A stretch of 64,000 nucleotides of DNA from Clostridia bacterium (GTDB taxonomy: Bacteria; Bacillota; Clostridia; JAAYHZ01), in NCBI GenBank assembly GCA_050950825.1, contig JBMNIH010000004.1, positions 224,001-288,000 of the forward strand, read 5' to 3'. The position numbers were made by a program, and so were the translations under genes. Within the stretch, counting starts at the first letter, position 1. Every line of letters begins with the position of its first letter. Shown here one piece after another: positions 1-9,514 of this stretch. The notes beneath the pieces are model-generated. The model was given only the letters and a program-made list of their open reading frames with translations, was not told the DNA's origin and made no database searches.

Positions 1-1272
1 ACGGGATACACTCGAGAAGGAGTTTCTCTTTCCACTATCCGTACCAAAATGGCTGAAAACCCCCGTATTGATGCGTGGGGCTTCAATTGTGCCATGGGAC
101 CCGTACATATGCTTTCTTTAATCGAAGGATTGCCCGTAGAAAAAAACTTTATCTTATCGGCACTTCCCAACACCGGCTATCCCGTGATCAAAAACCAAAG
201 AACGGTGTATCCTTTGAATCCGGAATACTTTGCCGACCGGGTGATGAAGATCGTGGAAGCCGGAGCGAAGATAGTAGGCGGCTGCTGCGGCACCACTCCG
301 GAACATATAAAGGCCATATCCAAGCGTTTGTACGAAGCGAAATACAAGGTCAGTACAGCGGTAAAAGAAAAAAAAGAAGTCGTGGATACCGTTCCTTATT
401 CGGCGAATTCTTTTAAAGAAAAGCTGGATAGAGGAGAAAAAGTGATCATGGTGGAATTGGACCCGCCTTTTACATCGGACACCGCTTCCATGCTGCAGTC
501 GGCGGAATACATCAAGGATTTGGCCGATGCCATTACGGTAGCCGATTCTCCTTTAGGAAAGGTCCGAGCGGATTCTTTGATGGTGGCCTCTCGTATCAAA
601 AGAAGAACGGGTATCGACGTTGTGCCTCATTTGTGCTGCCGGGACAAAAATATTGTAGGATTAAAATCCGGCATTTTGGGAGCCCACGGGGAAGGCATTC
701 GGAATATATTGGTCATAACCGGAGACCCTTTGCCGGGAAATGAAAGAGCCGGTGCGAAAAGCGTTTTCAATTTGAACTCAAAGGGTCTGATTTCGTTAAT
801 CAATGAAATGAATAACGAGCTTTTTGCAAATTCCGAAATCTATATCGGTGCCGCCATCAATCCTAACGTACCGAACTTTGATGCCCAGCTTCGAAAAACC
901 GAGGAAAAAACGAAGGCCGGGGCACGCTTCTTTTTGTCCCAGCCGGTATATTCCGATGAAGCGGCGGAAAATTTGCTCCGCGCCAAAAAAGAATTGAAAG
1001 TGAAAATCATCGCCGGCATATTGCCCATTGTAAGCTACAACAATGCCGTGTTTTTAAACAACGAAGTTCCGGGAATCGTGGTACCGGAAGAATATATTCG
1101 TCGGTTCTACCAAGGCATGGACCGGGATGAAGCCTATAAGGTCGGCGTGGAGATTGCTTTGGAGTGTATCCGAAGAACCGAAGGACTGGACGGCGTTTAC
1201 TTTATGCCGCCCTTTAACCGTGTTACCATGATAGCCGAAATCATTCGAAAAATGAAAGCATCGAAACGTTAA
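1..1272 (+). CDS. Bifunctional homocysteine S-methyltransferase / methylenetetrahydrofolate reductase (YitJ-like), 5'-truncated by window edge
   Basis: GFNC and GGCCGTTPEHI Zn-binding HMT motifs followed by an MTHFR domain (VELDPP, ADSP, HLCCRDKN, TGDP, FFLSQPVY); frame is open from the window start. Confidence 0.85.
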   Translation, partial: TGYTREGVSLSTIRTKMAENPRIDAWGFNCAMGPVHMLSLIEGLPVEKNFILSALPNTGYPVIKNQRTVYPLNPEYFADRVMKIVEAGAKIVGGCCGTTPEHIKAISKRLYEAKYKVSTAVKEKKEVVDTVPYSANSFKEKLDRGEKVIMVELDPPFTSDTASMLQSAEYIKDLADAITVADSPLGKVRADSLMVASRIKRRTGIDVVPHLCCRDKNIVGLKSGILGAHGEGIRNILVITGDPLPGNERAGAKSVFNLNSKGLISLINEMNNELFANSEIYIGAAINPNVPNFDAQLRKTEEKTKAGARFFLSQPVYSDEAAENLLRAKKELKVKIIAGILPIVSYNNAVFLNNEVPGIVVPEEYIRRFYQGMDRDEAYKVGVEIALECIRRTEGLDGVYFMPPFNRVTMIAEIIRKMKASKR

Positions 1273-1338
1273 TGAAAAGGAGGAAAACAGGGCTTAAAAC
1301 CGCAATTTTTTCTCGAGGTTTTACCCTTTTGGCTTTTT

Positions 1339-3753
1339 ATGAATAAAAACGATTTGGATAACCTGCTGCGAAGCCGCCCGATCTTGCTGGACGGGGGATA
1401 CGGATTTCGATTCGCCGAAAAAGGAATGCCGGATAACGCTTGTCCGGAGGATTGGGCTTTAAAGCATCCCGAAATTTTAAAAGAAATCTACCGAGAATAC
1501 ATCGAAGCCGGGTCGGATATCATCTATACCTTTACATTAGGGGCCAACGAGTCCAAGCTATCCGATTACGGTCTAAAGCAAAAAGCTTTTGAGTTGAACT
1601 ACGGCCCGGCAAGGCTTGCGAAGGAAGCGGCTGAGGGACGCGTTTTGATAGCGGGCGATATCGGACCTACCGGAGCGGGAATTAAACCCTTAGGGTCTTT
1701 GAACTTTGAAGAAGCGGTCGATATTTACAAAAGACAGGTAAATGCGCTCTTGGAAGGGGGCGTGGATCTTTTTGTCATAGAAACCATGATCGATATCCAA
1801 GAAGCCCGTGCCGCCGCCCTTGCCATTAAGGAGACGTGCGACCTTCCTTTTATCGCTTCCGTCACTTTCGAGAAGAACGGACGCACCGTAGGGGGGACTT
1901 CTCCGGAAGCGGCCATGATCATCATGCAAAGCCTCGGTGCAAGTGCCGTAGGAACCAATTGCGGAGCAGGTCCGGATTCTCTTCTTGAAATCGTGAAGAA
2001 GATGAAACAAGTAGCGAAGGTGCCGGTGATTGCCAAGCCTAACGGGGGAATTCCTCGCTCGGTAAACGGAAAGACCCGGTACGATACGGATCCTGAAAGC
2101 TTTGTAAAAGGCTTTAAGCCTCTCCTTGATGCAGGGGCGTCGGTGGTCGGAGGCTGCTGCGGAACCGACGGGAAGTTCATCCGAGGATTAAAGGGCTTGC
2201 TAAAGGATGCGTCCTTTGAAAAACCGGCCTTTCATGGTGGCTGCTTGGCTTCCGGAACCGATGCTTTTATTTTTGATGGAAACGATACCGGGCTTATTAT
2301 CGGCGAAAGAATCAATCCCACCGGGAAAAAGAAGCTTCAAGAGGAATTGGCGTCCGGCCGTTTCGATCTGCTGATGGAATTAGCAAGAATACAGGAGAAT
2401 GCCGGAGCTCAAGTTTTGGACGTCAATGTAGCGGTGCCCGGATGCAACGAAGCCGATATTATGACAAAGGCCGTGGAGAAGTTGTCATGGGATATAAAAG
2501 TGCCGTTGTGCTTGGACTCCGCCGACCCGAAGGTTTTTGAGAAGGCTTTGCGGATATATCCCGGAAGAGCTCTGGTCAATTCGGTGTCTCTTGACGGAGA
2601 AAAAACGGATGCTGTTTTATCTGTGGTGAAAAAGTACGGTTCCATGACGATTTTGCTGCCGTTAAGCGGTGCCAGATTACCGAAGAGCATAGAAGAAAAG
2701 CACGAGAATATCCGGAAACTGGTGAAAAGAGCAAAAGAATACGGATTGTCGGAGGAAGACTTCATGGCGGATGCATTGACCATGAGCGTTGCATCCGTTC
2801 CGAAGGCCGCCTTGGATGTTTTGGATACCGTATCCTATTGCAAAGAAAAAGGATGGTTTTCCATAAGCGGGCTGTCGAATATTTCTTTCGGTATGCCGGA
2901 AAGAAAAACAATCAACGCTACCATGATGGCTATGGCCATCCAAAGAGGTCTGAATTTTGCCATCTCCGATCCTACCTGCGACCGAACGATGAACGCGGTT
3001 TATGCCGCCAAGCTTTTAACGAACAAAGATCCGAACGGAGCGGAATACATTAAGAACGTAAGAAAAATAAACGACGATAACACCCCTCGGCAGCAGACTA
3101 CGGAAGATAGGGAAACGACGGAAAAAGAAAAAGATACTCTTTACAACTGTGTTTTAAAAGGCCGATTTGAATCCGTCATCGAAGAGGTACAAAAAGGATT
3201 GGAAAAAGGGTGGACACCGGAGTTTATCGTGGAAGAAAGGCTGGTTCCGGCCATACAAGAAGTAGGGGAGCTGTATGAGAAAAACGTATACTATTTACCC
3301 CAATTGATCGCTTCTTCCAATGCCATGAAAAAAGCGGTAGACTATTTGGAGCCTTTTTTAAGAAAGGAATCGAAGGAAGGCAAAAAACCGGTATGCATTA
3401 TGGCAACGGTAAAAGGAGACATCCACGATATCGGTAAAAATATAGTGGCCTTAATGCTTTCGAATAACGGATTTCACGTTATCGACCTGGGAAAAGACGT
3501 AGACTCGGGAAAAATCATCGATGCCGCTTTGAAGCATAAAGCGGATATTATCGGTTTATCGGCTCTGATGACCGTTACCATGCAAAACATGAAGGAAGTC
3601 ATCGAACTGAAAAATAAAGTCTGTCCTTTAGTAAAAGTGATGGTAGGCGGAGCCTGCGTAACCCCGGAATACGCGCAAGCTATCGGAGCGGACGGCTATG
3701 CGGAGAATGCCGCCCAAGCGGTAAAGGCCGCGAAAGAGTTATTGAAGAAATAA
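1339..3753 (+). CDS. metH: Cobalamin-dependent methionine synthase (HMT + pterin-binding + B12 cap/binding domains; no AdoMet reactivation domain)
   Basis: LLDGG, ETMID, GGCCGT, IIGERINPTGKK and DIHDIGKNIV motifs; protein ends after the B12 domain. Confidence 0.85.
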   Translation: MNKNDLDNLLRSRPILLDGGYGFRFAEKGMPDNACPEDWALKHPEILKEIYREYIEAGSDIIYTFTLGANESKLSDYGLKQKAFELNYGPARLAKEAAEGRVLIAGDIGPTGAGIKPLGSLNFEEAVDIYKRQVNALLEGGVDLFVIETMIDIQEARAAALAIKETCDLPFIASVTFEKNGRTVGGTSPEAAMIIMQSLGASAVGTNCGAGPDSLLEIVKKMKQVAKVPVIAKPNGGIPRSVNGKTRYDTDPESFVKGFKPLLDAGASVVGGCCGTDGKFIRGLKGLLKDASFEKPAFHGGCLASGTDAFIFDGNDTGLIIGERINPTGKKKLQEELASGRFDLLMELARIQENAGAQVLDVNVAVPGCNEADIMTKAVEKLSWDIKVPLCLDSADPKVFEKALRIYPGRALVNSVSLDGEKTDAVLSVVKKYGSMTILLPLSGARLPKSIEEKHENIRKLVKRAKEYGLSEEDFMADALTMSVASVPKAALDVLDTVSYCKEKGWFSISGLSNISFGMPERKTINATMMAMAIQRGLNFAISDPTCDRTMNAVYAAKLLTNKDPNGAEYIKNVRKINDDNTPRQQTTEDRETTEKEKDTLYNCVLKGRFESVIEEVQKGLEKGWTPEFIVEERLVPAIQEVGELYEKNVYYLPQLIASSNAMKKAVDYLEPFLRKESKEGKKPVCIMATVKGDIHDIGKNIVALMLSNNGFHVIDLGKDVDSGKIIDAALKHKADIIGLSALMTVTMQNMKEVIELKNKVCPLVKVMVGGACVTPEYAQAIGADGYAENAAQAVKAAKELLKK

Positions 3754-3850
3754 AAATTTGTGACCGGGGATTAGAAGCCGTTCATTCGGCAGCCGTCTTT
3801 TACGGTTAAACGACACCGACGAGGGAAAAACCGAGTATCCGATCAAAGGG

Positions 3851-4726
3851 CTATCGATCAAGAAGATTTTTCTTCCGATACGCGGAAGGAGAATCTTCTT
3901 TGTATTTTCGAAATGCTCTCGAAAAGTAGTTGGCATCGTTAAAACCGGTGGATAGAGCGATATCCGTAATGCTCATATCCGAATTCAGCAATAGCTCCTC
4001 GGCTTTTGCGATTCGATACAAGGTAATGTATTCTCCCGGCGATTTCCCGATGGCCTTTTTAAATTCGTGGCAGAAATGGTATACGCTAAAGCCGCATTGC
4101 TCCGCAAGAACCTCCAACGTCAGCTTATCGGTGTATCGATTCTCGATATAGATTAACGCGTTTTTCAGCTTGTCAAACATTTTCTGCCGATGATTGCATT
4201 CCTCCGGAGTCAATATATTCTCGATGTGTCTTCGCAATAAGGCCGTCAGCAAATGGTATGTGGATCCTTTCACCGCAAGCTCGTAGCCCGGTTTTCCGGA
4301 TTCAAATTCCGTTATGATGTTTTCGATGCAATTCACCACTTCGCGGTCGTTTTGGATTTTGTTTTCGAATCGGTAAAGGTTGCGGACAATGGGCTCAATG
4401 TATTTGATTTCGCATATATCGATGACGTTTCCTTTTAAAAGCTCGGTACTCATATCGATGCAGTAGTAGACGACTTCGTTGTCAATACTTTCGCCTCTGT
4501 GAAGCTCGTTTGCATTGATTACCACAACATCTCCGGACCGAACCTTAATACTTTCCGTTCCGCATTCTATGATAGCGGTACCCTTTGTGAAATATAAAAT
4601 TTCCAGCACTTCATGCCAGTGGCTGTTGAAAATGCTGCCTGCATAATGGAAATTCTTCAATGAAACTTGAATGGGAAAGTGTTGATCCTTTATGTACGCT
4701 TTTTCATATAACGAGGGCTCTTGCAT
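3851..4726 (-). CDS. AraC-family transcriptional regulator with cupin sensor domain
   Basis: N-terminal HWH..EILY cupin motif; C-terminal SITDIALSTGFNDANYFSRAFRK HTH. Confidence 0.9.
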   Translation of the reverse strand: MQEPSLYEKAYIKDQHFPIQVSLKNFHYAGSIFNSHWHEVLEILYFTKGTAIIECGTESIKVRSGDVVVINANELHRGESIDNEVVYYCIDMSTELLKGNVIDICEIKYIEPIVRNLYRFENKIQNDREVVNCIENIITEFESGKPGYELAVKGSTYHLLTALLRRHIENILTPEECNHRQKMFDKLKNALIYIENRYTDKLTLEVLAEQCGFSVYHFCHEFKKAIGKSPGEYITLYRIAKAEELLLNSDMSITDIALSTGFNDANYFSRAFRKYKEDSPSAYRKKNLLDR

Positions 4727-4886
4727 TCTTTTTTATCCTTTCAAATTCATTATACAGCAAGATTGTGCTAACATTCAACAATTACATTAATGTATATTAT
4801 GGATTTTGTCAATATAATAAGGTAAGGGAAAGTATTATTGATAATACTATGTCCTATGACATATGATTGACGAAAGGGGTATGTTT

Positions 4887-6101
4887 ATGGGTAAGTTAGC
4901 AATAACCGGCGGACCGAAATTACGTACAAAACCGTTTCCTCAGTGGCCGGTCTATGGAAAAGAAGAAGCGGATGGATTGCTGCGAGTATTGGAGAGTCAG
5001 AAATGGGGAACCTTAGGACCTGAGGTTGCCAAGTTTACCGAAAGATTCTGCAATTACCTGGGTGTAAAACATGGCGTTGCGGTTACCAACGGAACGGCTA
5101 CAATGGAAGTTTTGTTAAGGGCGAAAGGAATCGGATTCGGAGATGAAGTGTTGGTTCCGCCTTATACATTTGTAGCCACTGTTTCTGCTGTTATTTGCGT
5201 TGGCGCTACCCCTGTTTTTGTAGATATTGAAGAAGATACGTTCAATATGGATCCTGACAAGCTGGAACAGGCTATTACTCCGAGAACAAAGGCTGTTATC
5301 CCGGTTCACGTAGGAGGAAGACCCTGCGATATGGACAAGATTATGGCGATAGCAAATAAGTATAATCTGTTCGTTATCGAAGATACGGCCCATGCCCACG
5401 GATCCGAGTGGAAAGGCCAAAAATGCGGGTCTTTGGGAACGGCAGGATCTTTCAGCTTCCAAGCCAGCAAGAACTTGACGGCAGGGGAAGGCGGATTCAT
5501 TTCCACCAACGATACCGATCTGTTTGAAATGTGCTGGTCCATCCACCACTGCGGAAGAGACTACAAAGGCACCGTATGGTATGGACATCCCTATATCGGA
5601 ACCAACGCCCGTATGACCGAATGGCAAGCGGTTATTCTCAATGCACAGTTAGACCGTATGGATAGCCAAATTGAAAAGAGAATGGAAAATGCCAAATATT
5701 TGACGGCCCGTCTGAACGAGATCGATTGCATTCAAACGGTAAAAGAAGACGAACGCATCACAAGAAACTCCTACCATCTGTTCTTATTCAAATACTTGGA
5801 GGAAAATTTAAAGGGCTTGCCTAGAGATAAGTTCTTGAAAGCTTTGAATGCGGAAGGTATTATTGCTTCCCCGGGATACACCTGTTTGTACAAGATGCCC
5901 ATGCTGATGACCGACCAAATGAAGAAGATGACAGGCAGCAGCATTGATTACTCCAAGGTATATCTGGAAACGGCGGAAAAACTTACGGAAAAGCAAGGCG
6001 TGTGGACAACACAGAATGTTCTTTTAGGCGAAAAAGAAGACATGGACCAGTTCGCCGATGCGATTATCAAGATTGTTGAAAACGTTGACGAAATTCTTTA
6101 A
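4887..6101 (+). CDS. DegT/DnrJ/EryC1/StrS PLP-dependent sugar/cyclitol aminotransferase
   Basis: NGT, PPYTFVAT, IEDTAHAHG and SFQASKNLTAGEGG (PLP lysine) motifs; N-terminus KLAITGG..PFPQWP. Confidence 0.9.
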   Translation: MGKLAITGGPKLRTKPFPQWPVYGKEEADGLLRVLESQKWGTLGPEVAKFTERFCNYLGVKHGVAVTNGTATMEVLLRAKGIGFGDEVLVPPYTFVATVSAVICVGATPVFVDIEEDTFNMDPDKLEQAITPRTKAVIPVHVGGRPCDMDKIMAIANKYNLFVIEDTAHAHGSEWKGQKCGSLGTAGSFSFQASKNLTAGEGGFISTNDTDLFEMCWSIHHCGRDYKGTVWYGHPYIGTNARMTEWQAVILNAQLDRMDSQIEKRMENAKYLTARLNEIDCIQTVKEDERITRNSYHLFLFKYLEENLKGLPRDKFLKALNAEGIIASPGYTCLYKMPMLMTDQMKKMTGSSIDYSKVYLETAEKLTEKQGVWTTQNVLLGEKEDMDQFADAIIKIVENVDEIL

Positions 6102-6140
6102 ACATCGAAATCAGTATAACTAAAGGAAGGCTTTATTATT

Positions 6141-6199
6141 AAAAAAGGATGTGCATCGACTGAAAGAAAGTTTTGGCCGATGCACGTCCGCCCTTTTTC
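6141..6199 (+). terminator. Intrinsic terminator-like hairpin
   Basis: GGATGTGCATCG...CGATGCACGTCC stem followed by a T tract. Confidence 0.55.
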
Positions 6200-6445
6200 A
6201 AAACCGGGACAAAAGCACAAAAGTAAAAAGAAACGTTCATAAGTTGACTAGGGGACAATAAATTTCGCTTCAAGCTTTACTTTCATCATCATTAAATATA
6301 AAAAACGGATGTATAGAAAAATAACAACGAATTTTTGGAAAAGAAAGGCGGTGACAAGCTCGATTTTCCAAATGGGAGACAGATTTTATCTCCTGCGGCA
6401 GAAAATATATAAAATATCGGTAAATATGAAAATCGGGTGTGGTAT

Positions 6446-7507
6446 ATGAAAAAAATGAAAGTCGGAATTATCGGTACAGGAAATCTTGCCGAGCTGCATA
6501 TGAAAGCATACAGGAAAAATCCGGACGTCGAAATTGTAGCGGTATGCGATTTTAATTTGGAACGAGCCAAGCAAAGAGCCGAACAATTCGGTGCAAAAGA
6601 AGTCTACCAAGATTACAAGGACATGCTGTCAAAAAGCGATATTGATGCTGTCAGTGTCATTACTTGGAATAATACCCATGCCGAAATAACCGTCAACGCA
6701 TTGAATGCAGGAAAGCACGTTTTATGCGAGAAGCCTCCGGCATTGAATGCTCTTCAGGCTTTGGAAATGGAAAAAGCGTCGCAATCGGCCGGTAAGCTTT
6801 TAATGTTTGGATTTGTGCGGAGATTCGAAGAAAAAGCGAAGCTTTTAAAGCAAAAAATTGACGACGGCGAGCTGGGTGACATTTATTACATCAAAACCGG
6901 ATACTTAAGAAGAACCGGAAACCCGGGAGGATGGTTTGCGAATAAGAAGATATCCGGGGGAGGGCCTCTTATCGATTTGGGCGTCCATATGGTGGATTTA
7001 GCCATGTTTCTCATGAACAAGCCGAAGCCCGTTTCGGTTTTCGGTGCTACCTTTAATAAAGTGGGCAATATGGCAAACATAAAAGGCGTTTCGGCTTGGA
7101 AAGCCGCCGATTATCGGAATGACGGCATCAATGACGTGGAAGATATGGCGGTCGGAATAATCAAATTTGAGAACGGTTCCTGTATCCATTTGGAAACCAG
7201 TTGGACATCACATATTAAAAAAGACGTTACGTATCTTGAGGTCTTCGGATCCAAAGGAGGCGCCAGCCTGGAACCGGATTTGGAGATCTATACCGCAGAC
7301 CGCAGCTACTTGACGGATATCAAGCCGGTATTAAAGAGCGGATTTGATTTTGACGCTTGCTTCTCGGAAGAAATTGATCATTTTGTCGATTGCGTGCTGC
7401 GAGGAACCCCGTGTACATGTTCGGCCAAAGACGGAGTTACAATCATGAAAATATTGGATGCGATATACGCTTCCTCGGAGACCGGTCAATTAATCGAAGT
7501 AAAGTAA
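6446..7507 (+). CDS. Gfo/Idh/MocA family NAD(P)-dependent oxidoreductase
   Basis: GIIGTG Rossmann motif, HVLCEKP, GGGPLIDLGVH. Confidence 0.9.
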   Translation: MKKMKVGIIGTGNLAELHMKAYRKNPDVEIVAVCDFNLERAKQRAEQFGAKEVYQDYKDMLSKSDIDAVSVITWNNTHAEITVNALNAGKHVLCEKPPALNALQALEMEKASQSAGKLLMFGFVRRFEEKAKLLKQKIDDGELGDIYYIKTGYLRRTGNPGGWFANKKISGGGPLIDLGVHMVDLAMFLMNKPKPVSVFGATFNKVGNMANIKGVSAWKAADYRNDGINDVEDMAVGIIKFENGSCIHLETSWTSHIKKDVTYLEVFGSKGGASLEPDLEIYTADRSYLTDIKPVLKSGFDFDACFSEEIDHFVDCVLRGTPCTCSAKDGVTIMKILDAIYASSETGQLIEVK

Positions 7508-7523
7508 AAGAAAGTGAAAAAGT

Positions 7524-8456
7524 ATGAAAATTATATACGCAACGGACATTCATTATGATATAACCCCTGAAAAACCGCACTACCCGTATGCTATAAGAAA
7601 TTTGAAGATTTTTTGGGATTTGCTGAAGGAAAAGATGAAAACCTTTGATCTTTTCATCGGAGGCGGGGATTTAACGGTAAAAGGACCTGCTTGTTTGGAA
7701 GAATTGGCAGGCTTCAAAGAAATTGTGGAGTGTATAACGGATCGATACATTGTGACTCCGGGGAATCACGATTTATGCCCGATAAAAGGGATGGAAAAAA
7801 GGTATCCCGGGGTGGAAGAGTATGAATACATGGAGCTTTCGGAAACCAATTTTGCAAAGGTCTTCGGGGACAAGGGTTTGCTGTATTCCGAGATGTTTTC
7901 GAATGTAAGATTGGTTGCATTTGCGGTCCGAAACGAAGATCCGGACAACCAATTGAAGCGATTGGAGCAAGAATTGAAAAAGCCGGGCAAAAAATTGGTC
8001 TTTTCCCACTATCCCGTTTTTCAGACTCGAAGAGGCGGTTTTTGCGCAACGTGGGATTACAACCGGATTCGCGACGTTAGAGAAAAGATTGCATACCTTT
8101 TGGCGAAGCCGGAGCATCAAGTTGTCTGCTATTTTTGCGGTCATCAGCACATAAACAGTACGGTTCCCATGACATTAAAAGAAGACGGAACGCCGCAATT
8201 GGAATTGCTAGAAAATCCGAAAACAATGACCGGTCTGCAAATTGAAACGGGAGCGGCTACACAAGCCACCTGCTGCTACAGAGAAATCGAAGTGAAGAAT
8301 GACCGGATTTTTATTACCTTAAAACAACTGCCCGGGATCAACGAATTGGCGGAAGGCGTTATGTGTGCGGACCGATCATTTGACGATGCCCATACGGATG
8401 TCTTTTCCTATCATATGGGAAACGAAGAAGAAAGAAATATAGTCATACCATTATAA
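7524..8456 (+). CDS. Calcineurin-like metallophosphoesterase
   Basis: TDIH, GGD, PGNHD, SHYP and CGHQH motifs in order. Confidence 0.8.
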   Translation: MKIIYATDIHYDITPEKPHYPYAIRNLKIFWDLLKEKMKTFDLFIGGGDLTVKGPACLEELAGFKEIVECITDRYIVTPGNHDLCPIKGMEKRYPGVEEYEYMELSETNFAKVFGDKGLLYSEMFSNVRLVAFAVRNEDPDNQLKRLEQELKKPGKKLVFSHYPVFQTRRGGFCATWDYNRIRDVREKIAYLLAKPEHQVVCYFCGHQHINSTVPMTLKEDGTPQLELLENPKTMTGLQIETGAATQATCCYREIEVKNDRIFITLKQLPGINELAEGVMCADRSFDDAHTDVFSYHMGNEEERNIVIPL

Positions 8457-8487
8457 ATCCTTACGGTAAAACGGAAAAAAATGCATT

Positions 8488-8513
8488 AAAAAAGGCTGTC
8501 CTCGGACAGCCTT
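8488..8513. terminator. Terminator hairpin between convergent genes
   Basis: AAAAAAGGCTGTCC-TC-GGACAGCCTT. Confidence 0.7.
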
Positions 8514-8546
8514 CGTTATATCAATCTGTTTGAATTGCAAGATGTC

Positions 8547-9086
8547 TTACATTTCCGGTTCGATTAACCCGTAGTTTTTATCCTTTCTTACGTATACAAC
8601 GTTCACTTCGTCGGTTTCCGCATTTTTAAACATGTAGAACTGGTGCCCTAGCAGGTTCATCTGCAAAATCGCTTCCTCGACGGACATGGGCTTCATGGGG
8701 AACTTCTTGGTTTTTACGACTTTATAATCAAGCTCCTCATCCACAATTTCATGACTCAACGTATCCGCGTCGTAATCGGCAATAGGCAATTTCTGATGCA
8801 AGCGTTTTTCCAGACGGGTCTTGTTTCGTCTGATTTGTCTTACCAGAATATCCACCGCTTTATCCGTTGCCGTCAGCAAATCGGATTCAAGGGTTTCGGC
8901 TCTGAAAATGATGTCGCGATAGGGAATCGTGACTTCGAGATTCATTTGGGATCTGATCTTCGACACGGTGACATTGATTTCGGTATCGTCTTTGAAAAAC
9001 TTATCAAGCTTTGATAACTTTTTCTCAATCATGTCTTTGGCCGCTTGATGAACATCAACATTCTTCTTTGTGTAATTAAATCTCAT
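8547..9086 (-). CDS. hpf: Ribosome hibernation promoting factor (long HPF/RaiA)
   Basis: KKLSKLDKFF, RQIRRNKTRL and C-terminal KPMSVEEAILQMNLLGHQFYMF...YGLIEP. Confidence 0.92.
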   Translation of the reverse strand: MRFNYTKKNVDVHQAAKDMIEKKLSKLDKFFKDDTEINVTVSKIRSQMNLEVTIPYRDIIFRAETLESDLLTATDKAVDILVRQIRRNKTRLEKRLHQKLPIADYDADTLSHEIVDEELDYKVVKTKKFPMKPMSVEEAILQMNLLGHQFYMFKNAETDEVNVVYVRKDKNYGLIEPEM

Positions 9087-9514
9087 GATTTCAGTCCCCT
9101 TTCATAAGATATTTTGTTATTGTTTTATCCATTATTATACTATCCGTTTTTGAATAAAATAATAACAATTTGTGAATCTTTCAATTTCATTATAACATAG
9201 CTTATTCTCACGTACTATTGCAAATCGTTATCATTGATATTAATTTTATCATCGCTTGCTTTTGTTATCCGTGACTTTGTCACAGGAGACCGGTCGGAAT
9301 ACAAGTTTACGAAAAACGGGTAATTGTGCTAAAATGAAGGAGTTCGGACGCATGAATTAGAATAATCCGGTAATAATTTGTCATATATATTAAAGCCGGA
9401 GATTTACATAAATGCGAAAAGGGTCAAGGCAAAATCGTCGGTTTGTTTCTAAGTACGGGAAAGGAGTAAGGCAAAGGCCTTCCGCAAGGGGATGAAGGAT
9501 TTGCTTACAAGGAT

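Noticed and set aside
6141-6199. Third copy of an IS1182 end
   Set aside because: Similarity is limited to a short GTGCATC core and A/T tracts; better explained as an ordinary terminator
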